Shown: positions 50,006-63,909, counted from the first letter of the stretch. The stretch is DNA of 64,000 nucleotides from Eledone cirrhosa (GCA_964016885.1 OZ024750.1:34596001-34660000), one strand, 5' to 3'. The notes: a model not told the origin generated them from the sequence alone. A program made the numbers and translations.

Positions 50006-50548
50006 TATCATCATCATCATCATCATCATCATCATCGTTTAATGTCTATCTTCCACATTAGCATGGGTTCAGATAGGAATTGTCCCACTTGAGGCAAGAT
50101 TGGTCGGGTGACCGTGTCTTGCTCATATGGGACTGTCTGGCAGGTTTTCTACGGCTGGATGCCCTCCCTAATACCAACCACGTTTACAGTGTGGACTGGG
50201 AGGTTTTTACCGTGTTACCTACATGGCCATATTACAGCGTGGACTGTGTGTTTTTTTGTCGTGACACCTACATGACCTCATTAGTGTGGACTGGATGTTG
50301 TGGTCCCAACATAACTTTACAGAGAGAAGGTGGTGTTGGTGGGAGTGGAAGGTGGAGTAGGGGTAGTAGGTTTGGGTGTATATTTGGTTAAGAGGTGCCT
50401 AATGACTGTAGGTTTCGCTATGTACATAGGCAAGGTGGATCTTCTGTATTACTGCGTAGCGCCAAAGATCTCAGTCCAGTGACATTGTCTTGGAGAGGTG
50501 TAAGTGTGTAAGGTCGGAATTTATCAAATCGTCCCAGGTTTTTTCTGG
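50006..50548 (-). mobile_element. RTE family A-related 3' fragment
   Basis: KTWDDLINSDLTHLHLSKTMSLD remnant, single-unit 3' UTR, (GAT)n tail. Confidence 0.85.
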
Positions 50549-50919
50549 TAGAAAGAAACAAGGAAGTTTCATTTATATGTATATGATATCTGTGTCTCAA
50601 CCTGTAGCACATGTTTCACAGAGCATTAGCTCAAGGTCACCTATAGGAGTTATGGACCCAACTCCTCTATCGCTCTGCTCTTCAGACTGGTGATATAGCA
50701 AAAAAATATATTTAAAAAATATATATTATATACACACTATATGCGCACTATGTACACACTATGTATATATTATATATACACTATATATGATGCTGTCCAA
50801 GAGAAAGGCAAAGGCCAATACAGCTTGGCACCAGTGACATTGCAACAATCAAATTATTGCTGCTACCTTTTGTAGTCTCATAGTAACAGGTAAATTACTA
50901 CAGGTACCTGTTGTTGTAT

Positions 50920-51236
50920 CAGGATGCACCAAGTGGAGTTGTAGGGGTACCATAGTAACATACAGCATTTGTTTGGACATTTTAAAATCTTGGTGGACCC
51001 CATCTCCACTCCAGGTCTAAACACAGCCAATTTCTTCCAGAGAAAGTGACAAGCAAGTGAGGAAGGGATATAGCGGAAGAATCAACCCCAGTACTAAACT
51101 GGTACTATCTTTTTATCGACTTCGAAAGGCTGAAAGACAAAGTTGAACTTTGTGGGATTTGAACTTAGAGAGCTGAGTCAGGATAAATCCTGCAAAGTAT
51201 TTTATCCAACATTCTAACAACTCTGCCAATTCACCT
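50920..51236 (-). mobile_element. SINE family M, long-tail subfamily
   Basis: Head CTGCCAATTCACC on the plus strand; degenerate core. Confidence 0.65.
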
Positions 51237-51248
51237 TGTATTGTTATA

Positions 51249-51860
51249 GGTGGTGAATTGTCAATGACTTAGTGGTTAGAGCATTGGCCTTGCAATCGAA
51301 AGGTTGTGAGTTAAATTCTCAGACCGGGTGATGTGTTTTTTCCTTGAGTAAGACACTTTATTTCACATTGCTCCAGTTTACTCAGCTGTAGAAATGAGAT
51401 GATAGGGACTGGGGTCCCTATCATTCCACTACAAAGTGGACGTGTAGGTGCCATGGCAAAAAAGCACCCAGCACTCACTGTAAATGAGGTTGGTGTTAGG
51501 AAGGGCATCCAGCTGTAGAAATCAAGCCAGAATCAGTTCCCGTCCCACCCTTGCAAAAGCAGGGAAAAGTGGACGTAAAAGGATGATGATGATGATTCGT
51601 CTGATAGAATACTTTACGGTATCCGTTCCACCTCATTGCACGCTCTGAGTTCAAATCCTGCTGACGTCAACTTTGCCTTTCATCCTTTTGAGATCGATAA
51701 AAAAAGTACGTCCAGTCCAGTACTGGGGTCGTTTCTTCATCTATAGAAAAAATCAGCTGTGTTCAGATCTGGAGAGGGTTGGGCTCCACCAGGTTTAAAA
51801 GTTCCCTAGACACACCGTATAACTGTGACTCTATGACTCCACAAGGAGTTATGGGCTCTT
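51249..51860 (+). mobile_element. SINE family M (long tail) interrupted by a full CORE-SINE (51268-51596)
   Basis: GGTGGTGAATTG head at 51249; B box and core resume after 51597; the insert has tRNA head, CORE and RTE tail. Confidence 0.75.
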
Positions 51861-52345
51861 TATCTTTTATACATATATTGTAATAGTCACAACTAAATTA
51901 TTATAGGCACCTGATCTCTCATAATATTATAACAAAACATTTCTATCATGTTTTTATCTTCTGATATATTTTAGTTGACAATATATTTTAATGAACTTAA
52001 AGATATCCTAGTTTTCAAAAACCCAATAAAAAGCAAAGTTCATATAATAGAAGAAATATTAAAAAAAAATATATAAAAATCTTACTTTTTAATCTAAATG
52101 TATTTCAAGGCTGTAAAATTATTAAATTCTATATTTTTCCTATGAAAATTTACTTAAGATGACAGGGTTAAGATTCAAAACACACATCATGTTACAAAAG
52201 ATTTCTATTTTTTAATGTTTTTCTTTTTTGGACTTTTTATTTTTCCTATTTTTCTTTTATATATCAGTAACAATTACATTTATATAATATTCGAAAAATT
52301 TCAATATCTTACAATCTATCTTGGCTTGGATCATAGAAGGGGAAA

Positions 52346-52349
<4 letters not shown>

Positions 52350-52392
<43 letters not shown>

Positions 52393-52453
52393 TATATATA
52401 CATATATATATATGCATATATATATATATACATATATATATATGCATATATGC

Positions 52454-52484
<31 letters not shown>

Positions 52485-52631
52485 CATATATATATATACA
52501 TATATATATATACATATACATATATACACACATATATATATATACATATATATATATATACACATATATGTATATATATATGTGTGTATATATATATGTG
52601 TGTGTATATATATATATGTATATATATACAC

Positions 52632-52664
<33 letters not shown>

Positions 52665-52840
52665 CACACATATATATATATATACACATATATATATATA
52701 CATACATATATATATATATACACATAAATATATATACACATACATACACATACATATACATATATATATATACACATACATATATATACACATACATATA
52801 CATATACATATATATACATATATATACATATATACACACA
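52350..52840. repeat. (TA)n-based microsatellite
   Basis: Direct inspection. Confidence 0.95.
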
Positions 52841-53148
52841 CTCGTTGGAAAGGATTAGAACCAAAACAGTTAGAAAAATACTGATTTATCAGATTTTGGT
52901 TTTGCAATGGTACTAGAGTCTCATTGCGTGAAAGAACATTATAGAAAGTGTCAATATGTCCCCTCTCTAGTTGAATATTCAGTGTTAGTACTTGGAACAA
53001 TTCAATATCAAATATCGATACATTCCATCAAATATTTCGCTTTTTATTTACAGTTACCAGAAGTTTTCATTTTTGCTTCATAACATAGGCAGATCTATCG
53101 ATCTGCCTATGTTGTTTAAGGACCCATATTTGAATAAATCCCCTTTTT

Positions 53149-53301
53149 TATACACACACACACATACATACACACATCTCTCTCTCTCTATATATATATA
53201 CACACACACATACACACACATATATATATATATACATACACACACATATATATATACATACATATATATATAAATACGCACACACACACAAATATATATA
53301 A

Positions 53302-53356
<55 letters not shown>

Positions 53357-53439
53357 TACACACACACATATATATATAAATACATACACACACACATATA
53401 TATATACATACATATATATATAAATACGCACACACACAC

Positions 53440-53486
<47 letters not shown>

Positions 53487-53487
53487 T

Positions 53488-53532
<45 letters not shown>

Positions 53533-53607
53533 CATACACACACACATATATATATATATATACATACATATATATATAAATACGCACACACACACAAATA
53601 TATATAT
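53149..53607. repeat. (TA)/(CA) compound microsatellite with ~150-bp higher-order repeat
   Basis: TAAATACGCACAC anchor recurs three times. Confidence 0.9.
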
Positions 53608-53779
53608 CAACAAAATTTTGATATTTCAGATATTCAGAAGCTTATTTTTATATAAATTTAAATCTTTCCAAACATTTGGAGTTTAGAAAGGAAAAAGGTT
53701 ATAAGAAGAATCTTACAACATTTTGTAGAGTTATGTTCATATAATTGAATAATTTTATTCTGAATATTTTGTTTGTTTA

Positions 53780-54342
53780 GCATATAGGATAAAATAGGAT
53801 AAGGGTATCTTAGAATATATGTGTGTGTGTTTGTGTGTTTGTTTTTGTTCAGGGTGCCCCCACACCAAGGAGGTAAAACTGAGAAGGAAGATAAAGAGAG
53901 AGTGTGAGAGAGAGAGAGAGAGAGAGCTGATAATATAGGATAAGTATACCTTGGAATATGTTTGTATTTGTTCAGGACACCCTTTAGCAAGGAGGTAAAA
54001 CTTAGTAGGAAGATAAAGAGAGAGAGAGAGAGAGAGAGAGCTGAAAGTATGGGATAAGTGTACCTTGGAATATGTTTGTTTGTTCAGGACACCCCTTACC
54101 AAGGAGGTAAAAGTTAGTAGGAAGATAAAGAGAGAGAGAGAGAGAGAGATCTGAAAGCATGGGATAAGTGTACCTTGGAATATGTTTGTGTTTGTTCAGG
54201 ACACCCCTTAGCAAGGAGTTAAAACTTAGGAAGATGGAGAGAGAGAGAGAGAGAGAGAGAGCTGAATGCATGGGATAAGTGTACCTTGGAATATGTGTGT
54301 GTGTTTGTTTAGGATCCTCCCTGCCTCCAAGAAGTTAAAACT
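53780..54342. repeat. ~115-bp tandem repeat with internal (GA)n
   Basis: GGATAAGTGTACCTTGGAATATG..CAGGACACCC..GGAGGTAAAA unit, 4-5 copies. Confidence 0.9.
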
Positions 54343-54514
54343 GGGGGGGGGGGGGTAGAGAAGGGGGTGTGAGAGGGAGCTAGAAACATGGCTTGAGAAG
54401 GACAATGGAATATACACATGTTAGGGTGGGAAACAGCTTCTACACTGCTTCTGTTAAATAAACAGATATGACTCTACCAGGTGTTAAGGGTCATTTACTT
54501 TTGTTTTTTAGGGA

Positions 54515-54790
54515 GGTTGAGGTGTGTTTGTATGGTGAAAATAGATGTATTTTAGGTAGAGGGTTATTTGTATGATGAAAAGTTGATGTTTGATAGGTAA
54601 TGGAGGATTTGTATAATGAAAAGATGGTGTATAAAATGTAAGGTGGGGTTTGTGTGATGGGAAGATGTATAACAAGTAGGGTGGTGTTTGTATGATGAAA
54701 TGTAGATATATGATAGGTAGAGTGGTGTTTGTATGATGAAATGTAGATGTATGATAGGTAAGGTGGTATTTGTATGATGAAATGTAGATG
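54515..54790. repeat. ~40-bp degenerate tandem repeat (GTTTGTATGATGAAATGTAGATG..AGGTA)
   Basis: About 7 units. Confidence 0.8.
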
Positions 54791-54892
54791 AACCACTGAA
54801 GAGAGAATACAAACCACCATTAGATAAGTCAAATGTTTATTTCTAAGTAACAGTTTGACAGTCCAGAATATTTAAAAACTTTTTCAATCATT

Positions 54893-55330
54893 TGCTAGCA
54901 ATGAAGCTTACCTGTCCACTAGCAGTGAAGTTAGTCTTCACCGATTTCTGTCCAATATTTTCCACTCTGTGCTGTCCACTATTGTCCATTTTCAGCTTTG
55001 CTGGCAATAAAACCTGTCATTGCTATTTTCTATCTTAACTGTCCATTTTATACTGTGCTAGCAATAAAGTTTGTCTTCCCAATTTTCTGCCCATTGATGC
55101 CTACATTTTGTGCTGTGTTAGCAATGAAGCTTATTTCCACTATTTGCCATCTGCTATTGTCCATTTTATGCTGTACTAGCAATAAAGTTAGTCTTCAGTG
55201 TCTATTTTATGCTGTGCTAGCAATAAAGTTAGTCTTCAGTGCTTTCTGTCAACTAATTTCTACCTTTTACACTATACTAGCAATGAAGCTTATTTTCACT
55301 ATTTGCTGTCTCCTAATATCTACACCTTTA
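54893..55330. repeat. ~60-bp degenerate tandem repeat (CTAGCAAT(G/A)AAG anchor)
   Basis: About 8 anchors. Confidence 0.7.
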
Positions 55331-56556
55331 TCAGTTTAAACCATTCTATTGAATCAACCATTGTAGTTTCAACTTAAGTTTTAGGCTGCCAGTGAATTAA
55401 AAAACATAAATCCCGTCTAACCCATGCTAGCGTGGAAGAACAGACATAAAACGGTGATGATGAATTATGGAATTATATAACTTCTAAAGTTTTAGGCTGC
55501 CAGTGAATTAAAAAACATAATTATGTAACCAATAGAATTATATAACCTCTAAAGTTTTTAATACATCAATGTTTTTTTAAATTAAGACTTACATCAATAT
55601 ACCTTAAAATTATCACAGTTTCTCTGAAGTTCATATCATTGCTAGGATATGGTAGTGTTTATTTTATTTTATGGAATATGTAATATATACAGCAAGTTTA
55701 ATGTATTTTAATTATGCTAAAAGGGTTGTTAATATACTTTGGCTAGGAATTATCTGTAAATTCACTTTATTCAGAAACTTAGAGCAGAGAGAAAGGGCCT
55801 TATATCTTAATTAAATATTTTTCATTATTTTTCAACAATATCTGTGAAATTGTATGCTGCATACAGAGAATGAATTTTGGATATTATCATCTTTATTGTT
55901 GATGAGCATCACTAACTAACATTGACAGTATAGGAAAACCATCAATTTTTGTTAATAATAATAACAAAAATAATAATATTAATGATAACAACAACAATAA
56001 TAATAATAATAATGATAATAATAAAAGCTCATTTTTGTTGTCAATAATGGAAAGTAATTTCGTTTAGCTTGAAAATACACTGAGTAGCATAGAAAACTAT
56101 GAAACAAAAGGTTGTCAGTGAAGGAAAAAATATTTTAGAAAATTACTTCTTTTTGTTGCTGCCTTGCAGCCATTATATTCTTGAAGTTTGAAAAACCAAG
56201 AGATCACAAGGTTCATTGCATTATACTGGCTAAAAAATATGAAGTCTGAAATAAAGAAAAATTCCATTAATGATGATAAACTTTGAGAATTTTTGATATC
56301 TTAGTGAAGCTTTCAATTTCTCCCCTTTATTGATTAATAATCTGAGAAAAAGTCAATTGGAATCTTGCTAAGCTTAACAATAACCAAAAAAAAAAAAAAA
56401 ATCAATCTTGCAACAGGCATTATATTACCTGTCCCCTATTTAAATATTGTCAGTAAAACTGGATTCTGATTCCATTCTCAAACTTGCTACAGACTCTTCT
56501 ACTGTTACTAAAATAGTTGAAGGGAAGACACCGAAATCTGTACTAATTTTAATTTA

Positions 56557-56730
56557 ATTGTTTCTACTTTTGGTACAAGGCCAGCAATTACCCAGTACAT
56601 TACTGGTACTTTATTTTATTGACCCCGTAAGGATGAAAGGCAAAGTTAACCTAGACGGGATTTGAACTCGGACATAACTATGCTCTAAAGCATGGCATCC
56701 AACCCTCTACCGATACTGCCAATTCACCGT
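56557..56730 (-). mobile_element. SINE family M
   Basis: Head, core, tail. Confidence 0.85.
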
Positions 56731-56834
56731 CCTTTAATTTAATATTAACCAGTATCTACCAATGAAAGGAGCAATTTCTATGATAAGCATTGCTAGGCAT
56801 CATGGTTGGGCTTTTACCTCTTTCTATCTCAAGT

Positions 56835-59800
56835 AGTCTTGTGGGTGTCACGACTAAAAGCACCCAGCTCACACTGTAAAGTGGTTGTGTAGGAGACATG
56901 ACAAAAAGCACCCAGCCCACACTGTAAAGTGGTTGTGTAGGAGACATGACAAAAAGCACCCAGCCCATAATGTAAAGTGGTTGTGTAGGAGACATGACAA
57001 AAAGCAGCTGGCCCACACTGTAAAGTGGTTGTGTAGGAGACATGACAAAAAGCACCCAGCCCACACTGTAAAGTAGTTGTGTAGGAGACATGACAAAAAG
57101 CACCCGGCCCACACTGTAAAGTGGTTGTGTAGGAGACATGACAAAAAGCACCCAGCCCACACTGTAAAGTGGTTGTGTAGGAGACATGACAAAAAGCACC
57201 CAGCCCATAATGTAAAGTGGTTGTGTAGGAGACATGACAAAAAGCAGCTGGCCCACACTGTAAAGTGGTTGTGTAGGAGACATGACAAAAAGCACCCAGC
57301 CCACACTGTAAAGTGGTTGTGTAGGAGACATGACAAAAAGCACCTGGTCCACACTGTAAAGTGGTTGTGTAGGAGACATGACAAAAAGCAGCCGGCCCAC
57401 ACTGTAAAGTGGTTGTGTAGGAGACATGACAAAAAGCACCAGCCCACACTGTAAAGTGGTTGTGTAGGAGACATGACAAAAAGCACCCAACCCACACTGT
57501 AAAGTGGTTGTATAGGAGACATCACAAAAAGCACCCAGCCCACACTGTAAAGTGGTTGTGTAGGAGACATGAAAAAAGCACCCAGCCCATAATGTAAAGT
57601 GGTTGTGTAGGAGACATGACAAAAAGCAGCTGGCCCACACTGTAAAGTGGTTGTGTAGGAGACATGACAAAAAGCACCCAGCCCACACTGTAAAGTGGTT
57701 GTGTAGGAGACATGACAAAAAGCACCCGGCCCACACTGTAAAGTGGTTGTGTAGGAGACATGACAAAAAGCAGCCAACCCACACTGTAAAGTGGTTGTGT
57801 AGGAGACATCACAAAAAGCACCCAGCACACACTGTAAAGTGGTTGTGTAGGAGACATGACAAAAAGCACCCGGCCCACACTGTAAAGTGGTTGTGTAGGA
57901 GACATCACAAAAAGCAGCCAACCCACACTGTAAAGTGGTTGTGTAGGAGACATGACAAAAAGCACCCAGCACACACTGTAAAGTGGTTGTGTAGGAGACA
58001 TGACAAAAAGCACCCAGCCCACACTGTAAAGTGGTTGTGTAGGAGACATGACAAAAAGCACCCAGCCCACACTGTAAAGTGGTTGTGTAGGAGACATGAC
58101 AAAAAGCAACCAACCCACACTGTTAAGTGGTTGTGTAGGAGACATGACAAAAAGCACCCAGCCCACACTGTAAAGTGATTGTGTAGGAGACATGCAAAAA
58201 GCACCTGGTCCACACTGTAAAGTGGTTGTGTAGGAGACATGACAAAAAGCACCCAGCCAACACTGTCAAGTGGTTGTGTAGGAGACATGACAAAAAGCAC
58301 CTGGTCCACACTGTAAAGTGGTTGTGTAGGAGACATGACAAAAAGCACCCAGCCCACACTGTAAAGTGGTTGTGTAGGAGACATGACAAAAAGCAGCCGG
58401 CCCTCACTGTAAAGTGGTTGTGTAGGAGACATGACAAAAAGCACCCAGCCCACACTGTAAAGTGGTTGTGTAGGAGACATGACAAAAAGCACCCAGCACA
58501 CACTGTAAAGTGGTTGTGTAGGAGACATGACAAAAAGCAACCGGCCCACACTGTAAAGTGGTTGTGTAGGAGACATGACAAAAAGCACCCAGCCCACACT
58601 GTAAAGTGGTTGTGTAGGAGACATGACAAAAAGCAACCGGCCCACACTGTAAAGTGGTTGTGTAGGAGACATGACAAAAAGCACCCAGCCCACACTGTAA
58701 AGTGGTTGTGTAGGAGACATGACAAAAAGCACCCAGCACACACTGTAAAGTGGTTGTGTAGGAGACATGACAAAAAGCAACCGGCCCACACTGTAAAGTG
58801 GTTGTGTAGGAGACATGACAAAAAGCACCCAGCCCACACTGTAAAGTGGTTGTGTAGGAGACATGACAAAAAGCAACCGGCCCACACTGTAAAGTGGTTG
58901 TGTAGGAGACATGACAAACAGCACCCAGCCCACACTGTAAAGTGGTTGTGTAGGAGACATGACAAAAAGCACCCAGCACACACTGTAAAGTGGTTATGTA
59001 GGAGACATGACAAAAAGCAGCCGGCCCACACTGTAAAGTGGTTGTGTAGGAGACATGACAAAAAGCACCCAGCCCACACTGTAAAGTGGTTGTGTAGGAG
59101 ACATGACAAAAAGCACCCAGCACACACTGTAAAGTGGTTGTGTAGGAGACATGACAAAAAGCACCCAGCCAACACTGTAAAGTGGTTGTGTAGGAGACAT
59201 GACAAAAAGCAACCGGCCCACACTGTAAAGTGGTTGTGTAGGAGACATGACAAAAAGCAACTGGCCCACACTGTAAAGTGGTTGTGTAGGAGACATGCAA
59301 AAAGCACCCAGCCCACACTGTAAAGTGGTTGTGTAGGAGACATGACAAAAAGCAGCCGGCCCACACTGTAAAATGGTTGTGTAGGAGACATGACAAAAAG
59401 CACCCAGCCCACACTGTAAAGTGGTTGTGTAGGAGACATGACAAAAAGCACCTGGTCCACACTGTAAAGTGGTTGTGTAGGAGACATGACAAAAAGCACC
59501 CAGCCCACACTGTAAAGTGGTTGTGTAGGAGACATGCAAAAAGCACCCAGCCCACACTGTAAAGTGGTTGTGTAGGAGACATGACAAAAAGCACCCAGCC
59601 CATACTGTAAAGTGGTTGTGTAGGAGACATGACAAAAAGCAACCGGCCCACACTGTAAAGTGGTTGTGTAGGAGACATGACAAAAAGCAACCGGCGCACA
59701 CTGTAAAGTGGTTGTGTAGGAGACATGACAAAAAGCACCCAGCGAACACTGTAAAGTGGTTGTGTAGGAGACATGACAAAAAGCAACCGGCCCACACTGT

Positions 59801-61610
59801 AAAGTGGTTGTGTAGGAGACATGACAAAAAGCAACCGGCCCACACTGTAAAGTGGTTGTGTAGGAGACATGACAAAAAGCACCCAGCCCACACTGTAAAG
59901 TGGTTGTGTATGAGACATGACAAAAAGCAAGCGGCCCACACTGTAAAGTGGTTGTGTAGGAGACATGACAAAAAGCAACCGGCGCACACTGTAAAGTGGT
60001 TGTGTAGGAGACATGACAAAAAGCACCCAGCCCACACTGTAAAGTGGTTGTGTAGGAGACATGACAAAAAGCAACCGGCCCACACTGTAAAGTGGTTGTG
60101 TAGGAGACATGACAAAAAGCACCCAGCCCACACTGTAAAGTGGTTGTGTAGGAGACATGACAAAAAGCAACCGGCGCACACTGTAAAGTGGTTGTGTAAG
60201 AGACATGACAAAAAGCACCCAGCCCACACTGTAAAGTGATTGTGTAGGAGACATGATAAAAAGCAACCGGCCCACACTGTAAAGTGGTTGTGTAGGAGAC
60301 ATGACAAAAAGCACCCAGCCCACACTGTAAAGTGGTTGTGTAGGAGACATGACAAAAAGCAACCGGCCCACACTGTAAAGTGGTTGTGTAGGAGACATGA
60401 CAAAAAGCACCCAGCCCACACTGTAAAGTGGTTGTGTAGGAGACATGACAAAAAGCAACCGGCCCACACTGTAAAGTGGTTGTGTAGGAGACATGACAAA
60501 AAGCAACCGGCGCACACTGTAAAGTGGTTGTGTAGGAGACATGACAAAAAGCACCCAGCCCACACTGTAAAGTGGTTGTGTAGGAGACATCACAAAAAGC
60601 AACCGGCCCACACTGTAAAGTGGTTGTGTAGGAGACATGCAAAAAGCACCCAGCCCACACTGTAAAGTGGTTGTGTAGGAGACATGACAAAAAGCAACCG
60701 GCCCACACTGTAAAGTGGTTGTGTAGGAGACATGACAAAAAGCAACCGGCGCACACTGTAAAGTGGTTGTGTAGGAGACATGACAAAAAGCAGCCGGCCC
60801 ACACTGTAAAGTGGTTGTGTAGGAGACATGACAAAACGCAGCCGGCCCACACTGTAAAGTGGTTGTGTAGGAGACATGACAAAAAGCACCCAGCCCACAC
60901 TGTAATGTGGTTGTGTAGGAGACATGACAAAAAGCACCCGGCCCACACTGTAAAGTGGTTGTGTAGGAGACATGACAAAAAGCAGCCGGCCCACACTGTA
61001 AAGTGGTTGTGTAGGAGACATGACAAAAAGCACCCAGCCCACACTGTAAAGTGGTTGTGTAGGAGACATGACAAAAAGCACCCAGCCCACACTGTAAAGT
61101 GGTTGTGTAGGAGACATGACAAAAAGCACCCAGCCCATAATGTAAAGTGGTTGTGTAGGAGACATGAAAAAAGCACCCGGCCCACACTGTAAAGTGGTTG
61201 TGTAGGAGACATGACAAAAAGCAGCCGGCCCACACTGTAAAGTGGTTGTGTAGGAGACATGACAAAAAGCACCCAGCCCACACTGTAAAGTGGTTGTGCA
61301 GGAGACATGACAAAAAGCACCCAGCCCACACTGTAAAGTGGTTGTGTAGGAGACATGGCAAAAAGCACCTGGTCCACACTGTAAAGTGGTTGTGTAGGAG
61401 ACATGACAAAAAGCACCCAGCCCACACTGTAAAGTGGTTGTGTAGGAGACATGACAAAAACAGCCAACCCCCACTGTAAAGTGGTTGTGTAGGAGACATG
61501 ACAAAAAGCAGCTGGCCCACACTGTAAAATGGTTGTGTAGGAGACAATTCAAAAAGCACCTGGCCCACACTGTAAATGTAATTAGTGTTAGGAAAGGTAC
61601 CCAGCTGTAA
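56835..61610 (+). repeat. 48-bp satellite, ~99 copies, derived from the RTE/SINE module
   Basis: Unit CACACTGTAAAGTGGTTGTGTAGGAGACATGACAAAAAGCACCCAGCC; ends in a degenerate terminal module GTGTTAGGAAAGGTACCCAGCTGTA. Confidence 0.97.
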
Positions 61611-61648
61611 TACCCCCAGCACCCCCAACATGCAAATTGTAAATAATA

Positions 61649-61828
61649 TACAGGTAAAATTTTGTTATAAAAAATACTATTATAATGAATGTTTCAGTAT
61701 AACAACATATTTTCACCTCCCGCTCACCCACTCAATGTTTTAGGTCGATCTCGTTATAAAGAATTTTTCGTTACAACAAAATTTCTTTTATACCTTGTGA
61801 ATTTCGTGATAATGGAATTTCACTGTAT
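61649..61828. mobile_element. Degenerate pogo/Tigger-like MITE
   Basis: TA-CAGGTAAAATTTTGTTATAA ... GTGATAATGGAATTTCACTG-TA; internal CGTTATAA repeats. Confidence 0.5.
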
Positions 61829-61927
61829 AATAAATAATATATATACTATGTATAAATAGATATTTTTTATTTCACTATATTTATATTTAATATGTAACAT
61901 TTGATATTTAATATACTATCATATCAT

Positions 61928-62012
61928 ATCTACCACCCTCTTAGGCAGCCCCCCCCCCCCCCCCCCCAGGAGGGAGAGGGGTAGCATCCACTTTCAGAAC
62001 CTTTGGTCTAGA
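61928..62012. mobile_element. hAT (Charlie-like) terminal fragment
   Basis: CCACTTTCAGAACCTTTG followed by a GTCTAGAC target-like site. Confidence 0.45.
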
Positions 62013-62519
62013 CCATATTTTACATTTGAATTTTTATATAGATTTGCAATACAGATTTTATATATTATTAGAATAGATTCATGTTAACTTTAACTTTGAT
62101 AACTTTTGGCCAGTATTGGCCCAGGCCATGTCTAACTTAATAGCACCACCTGGCGAAGTCTTTCAAATCAGGATTTATATACCAAGGCCCACTCAATTAG
62201 AGTGTTATTGTATTCAGAGACATAACCGGGGATTTCTTGAAGGAATTTGACCAAAGACTTCTTGAACTTTATGGGGTCTAATCTGTTTAATGTTTTGGTG
62301 TAAAGAGTGCGGAGCCAATTGAGGTGAAATAATTGTGCCGTATTGTTGTTATGAAATGTGAGTTTGATTTTTGTTGTGGGCAGATAAGCACGGGGCCCAA
62401 GCCTTGGGTGTACCTTAAAGCTGCTGCCAACATCATTTTGGGCAATGCTGATGGAATATTTTCCACATCATGCAGATAATATAGCACTCATGGCGACGTT
62501 GGAGAGAATAAAGTTTTAG

Positions 62520-62945
62520 CTTACACTCATAATTATATACTAAATATTATTACAATATTTTGACAATATTATTTACAATACAGGTTTAATGTTAACTACA
62601 TTATATATTATATACTAAATGTTATTACAATATTAATACAATACATATTTAATGTTACATTCATAATTATATATATTATTAAAATACAGATTCAATGTTA
62701 ACTACATTATATATTAAATATTGTTACAATACAGTTTTAATATTAATTACATTATATATAATTACATACTAAATATTATTACAATATTTTTACAATATTA
62801 ATACAATACCGTTTTAATGTTAACTACATTATATATTAAATATTATTACAATACAAATTTAATGTTACATTCATAATTATATATTAAATATTATTACAAT
62901 ACAAATTTAATGTTACATTCATAATTATATATTAAATATTATTCA
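62520..62945. repeat. AT-rich degenerate ~50-bp tandem repeat
   Basis: TAAATATTATTACAATAC..TTTAATGTTAC units. Confidence 0.85.
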
Positions 62946-63820
62946 CATGTTTAATTGTGCAATATTTCTGTTTGACTAAACCCAAATTTATTTATCCACG
63001 AATCCATTAATTTATTTATATATACATTAATGGGTATGCAAGCATGTTTATGGCTGGAGTTTTATGTGTGCATATGTTCATGCATTGATATTCTTATAAG
63101 AGAAGTTGTTATTCCTTATTTATGAGTATCTATATAAGAAAGCCAATTGCATTTGTGTTCCATAGCAGTGAAATTGGCTCATAAATTTTTATATTATGCA
63201 TTAAATTCCTGATATAACTCAAAAAGCTGGAAAGATTTCTATATCATATCCGAAATGATAGATCAGTGGTATTGTCTACTGGTTTGTTGGACCTGAAAAT
63301 AAAAATAAATATTTGGAAATTGAAGCAATAATAAAAAAAGTGTATACAAATAAGGAATCTTGTTCTCATAGCATTTTATTATGCCTTTAAAATAATTCAA
63401 TAGTTGAAATTATTCCCTGTATGGTTTCATAACATTCAAATTTTATTCTCCAGTACGCACTAATTGTAAGTGATTTCACATGAAATTATAACAAAAAGTA
63501 ATGAAAACTCACCAGAAATTGTTAGAAATTCTATGGAATTTTCCCTGGAAATATGAGTTAGAAACGGATCGACCGTGAAAGATTTATAGGATTTGTGCAC
63601 GATATATTCCAAGATTATTTAATTTTCATTTATTTGTTAATATATGCCACGTGGAAATGTATTAAGAAATAATATATGCTTTTAGAATGAAATTAAAACT
63701 TTCTAGCCTATTAAGAATGAAAATTTATTTTTCTTTTATAATAATGAGAAAATTTGTAAATTCATTAAATTTAACAGAGTATAATAATAAACAAAAATGT
63801 GATCTGGAGTAAACAGTAGT

Positions 63821-63878
63821 TATATATATATATATGTGTGTGTGTGTATATGTGTGTGTATGTGTGTGTGTGTGTGTA

Positions 63879-63909
<31 letters not shown>

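Noticed and set aside
56835-61610. CRISPR-like array
   Set aside because: No unique spacers, only a few recurring point variants; eukaryotic context; no cas genes.
56756-61631. Long ORFs (up to 1114 aa) with 16-aa repeats
   Set aside because: A 48-bp unit divisible by 3 and lacking stops opens several frames on both strands; frames swap at indels; the unit derives from a non-coding retroposon module.
62100-62500. GC-richer unique segment, possible exon or transposase relic
   Set aside because: Only short open frames with no motif I can identify; BLASTx would be needed.
63230-63310. Minus-strand acceptor-like site (TTTATTTTCAG)
   Set aside because: No coding continuation or donor identified; common by chance in AT-rich DNA.
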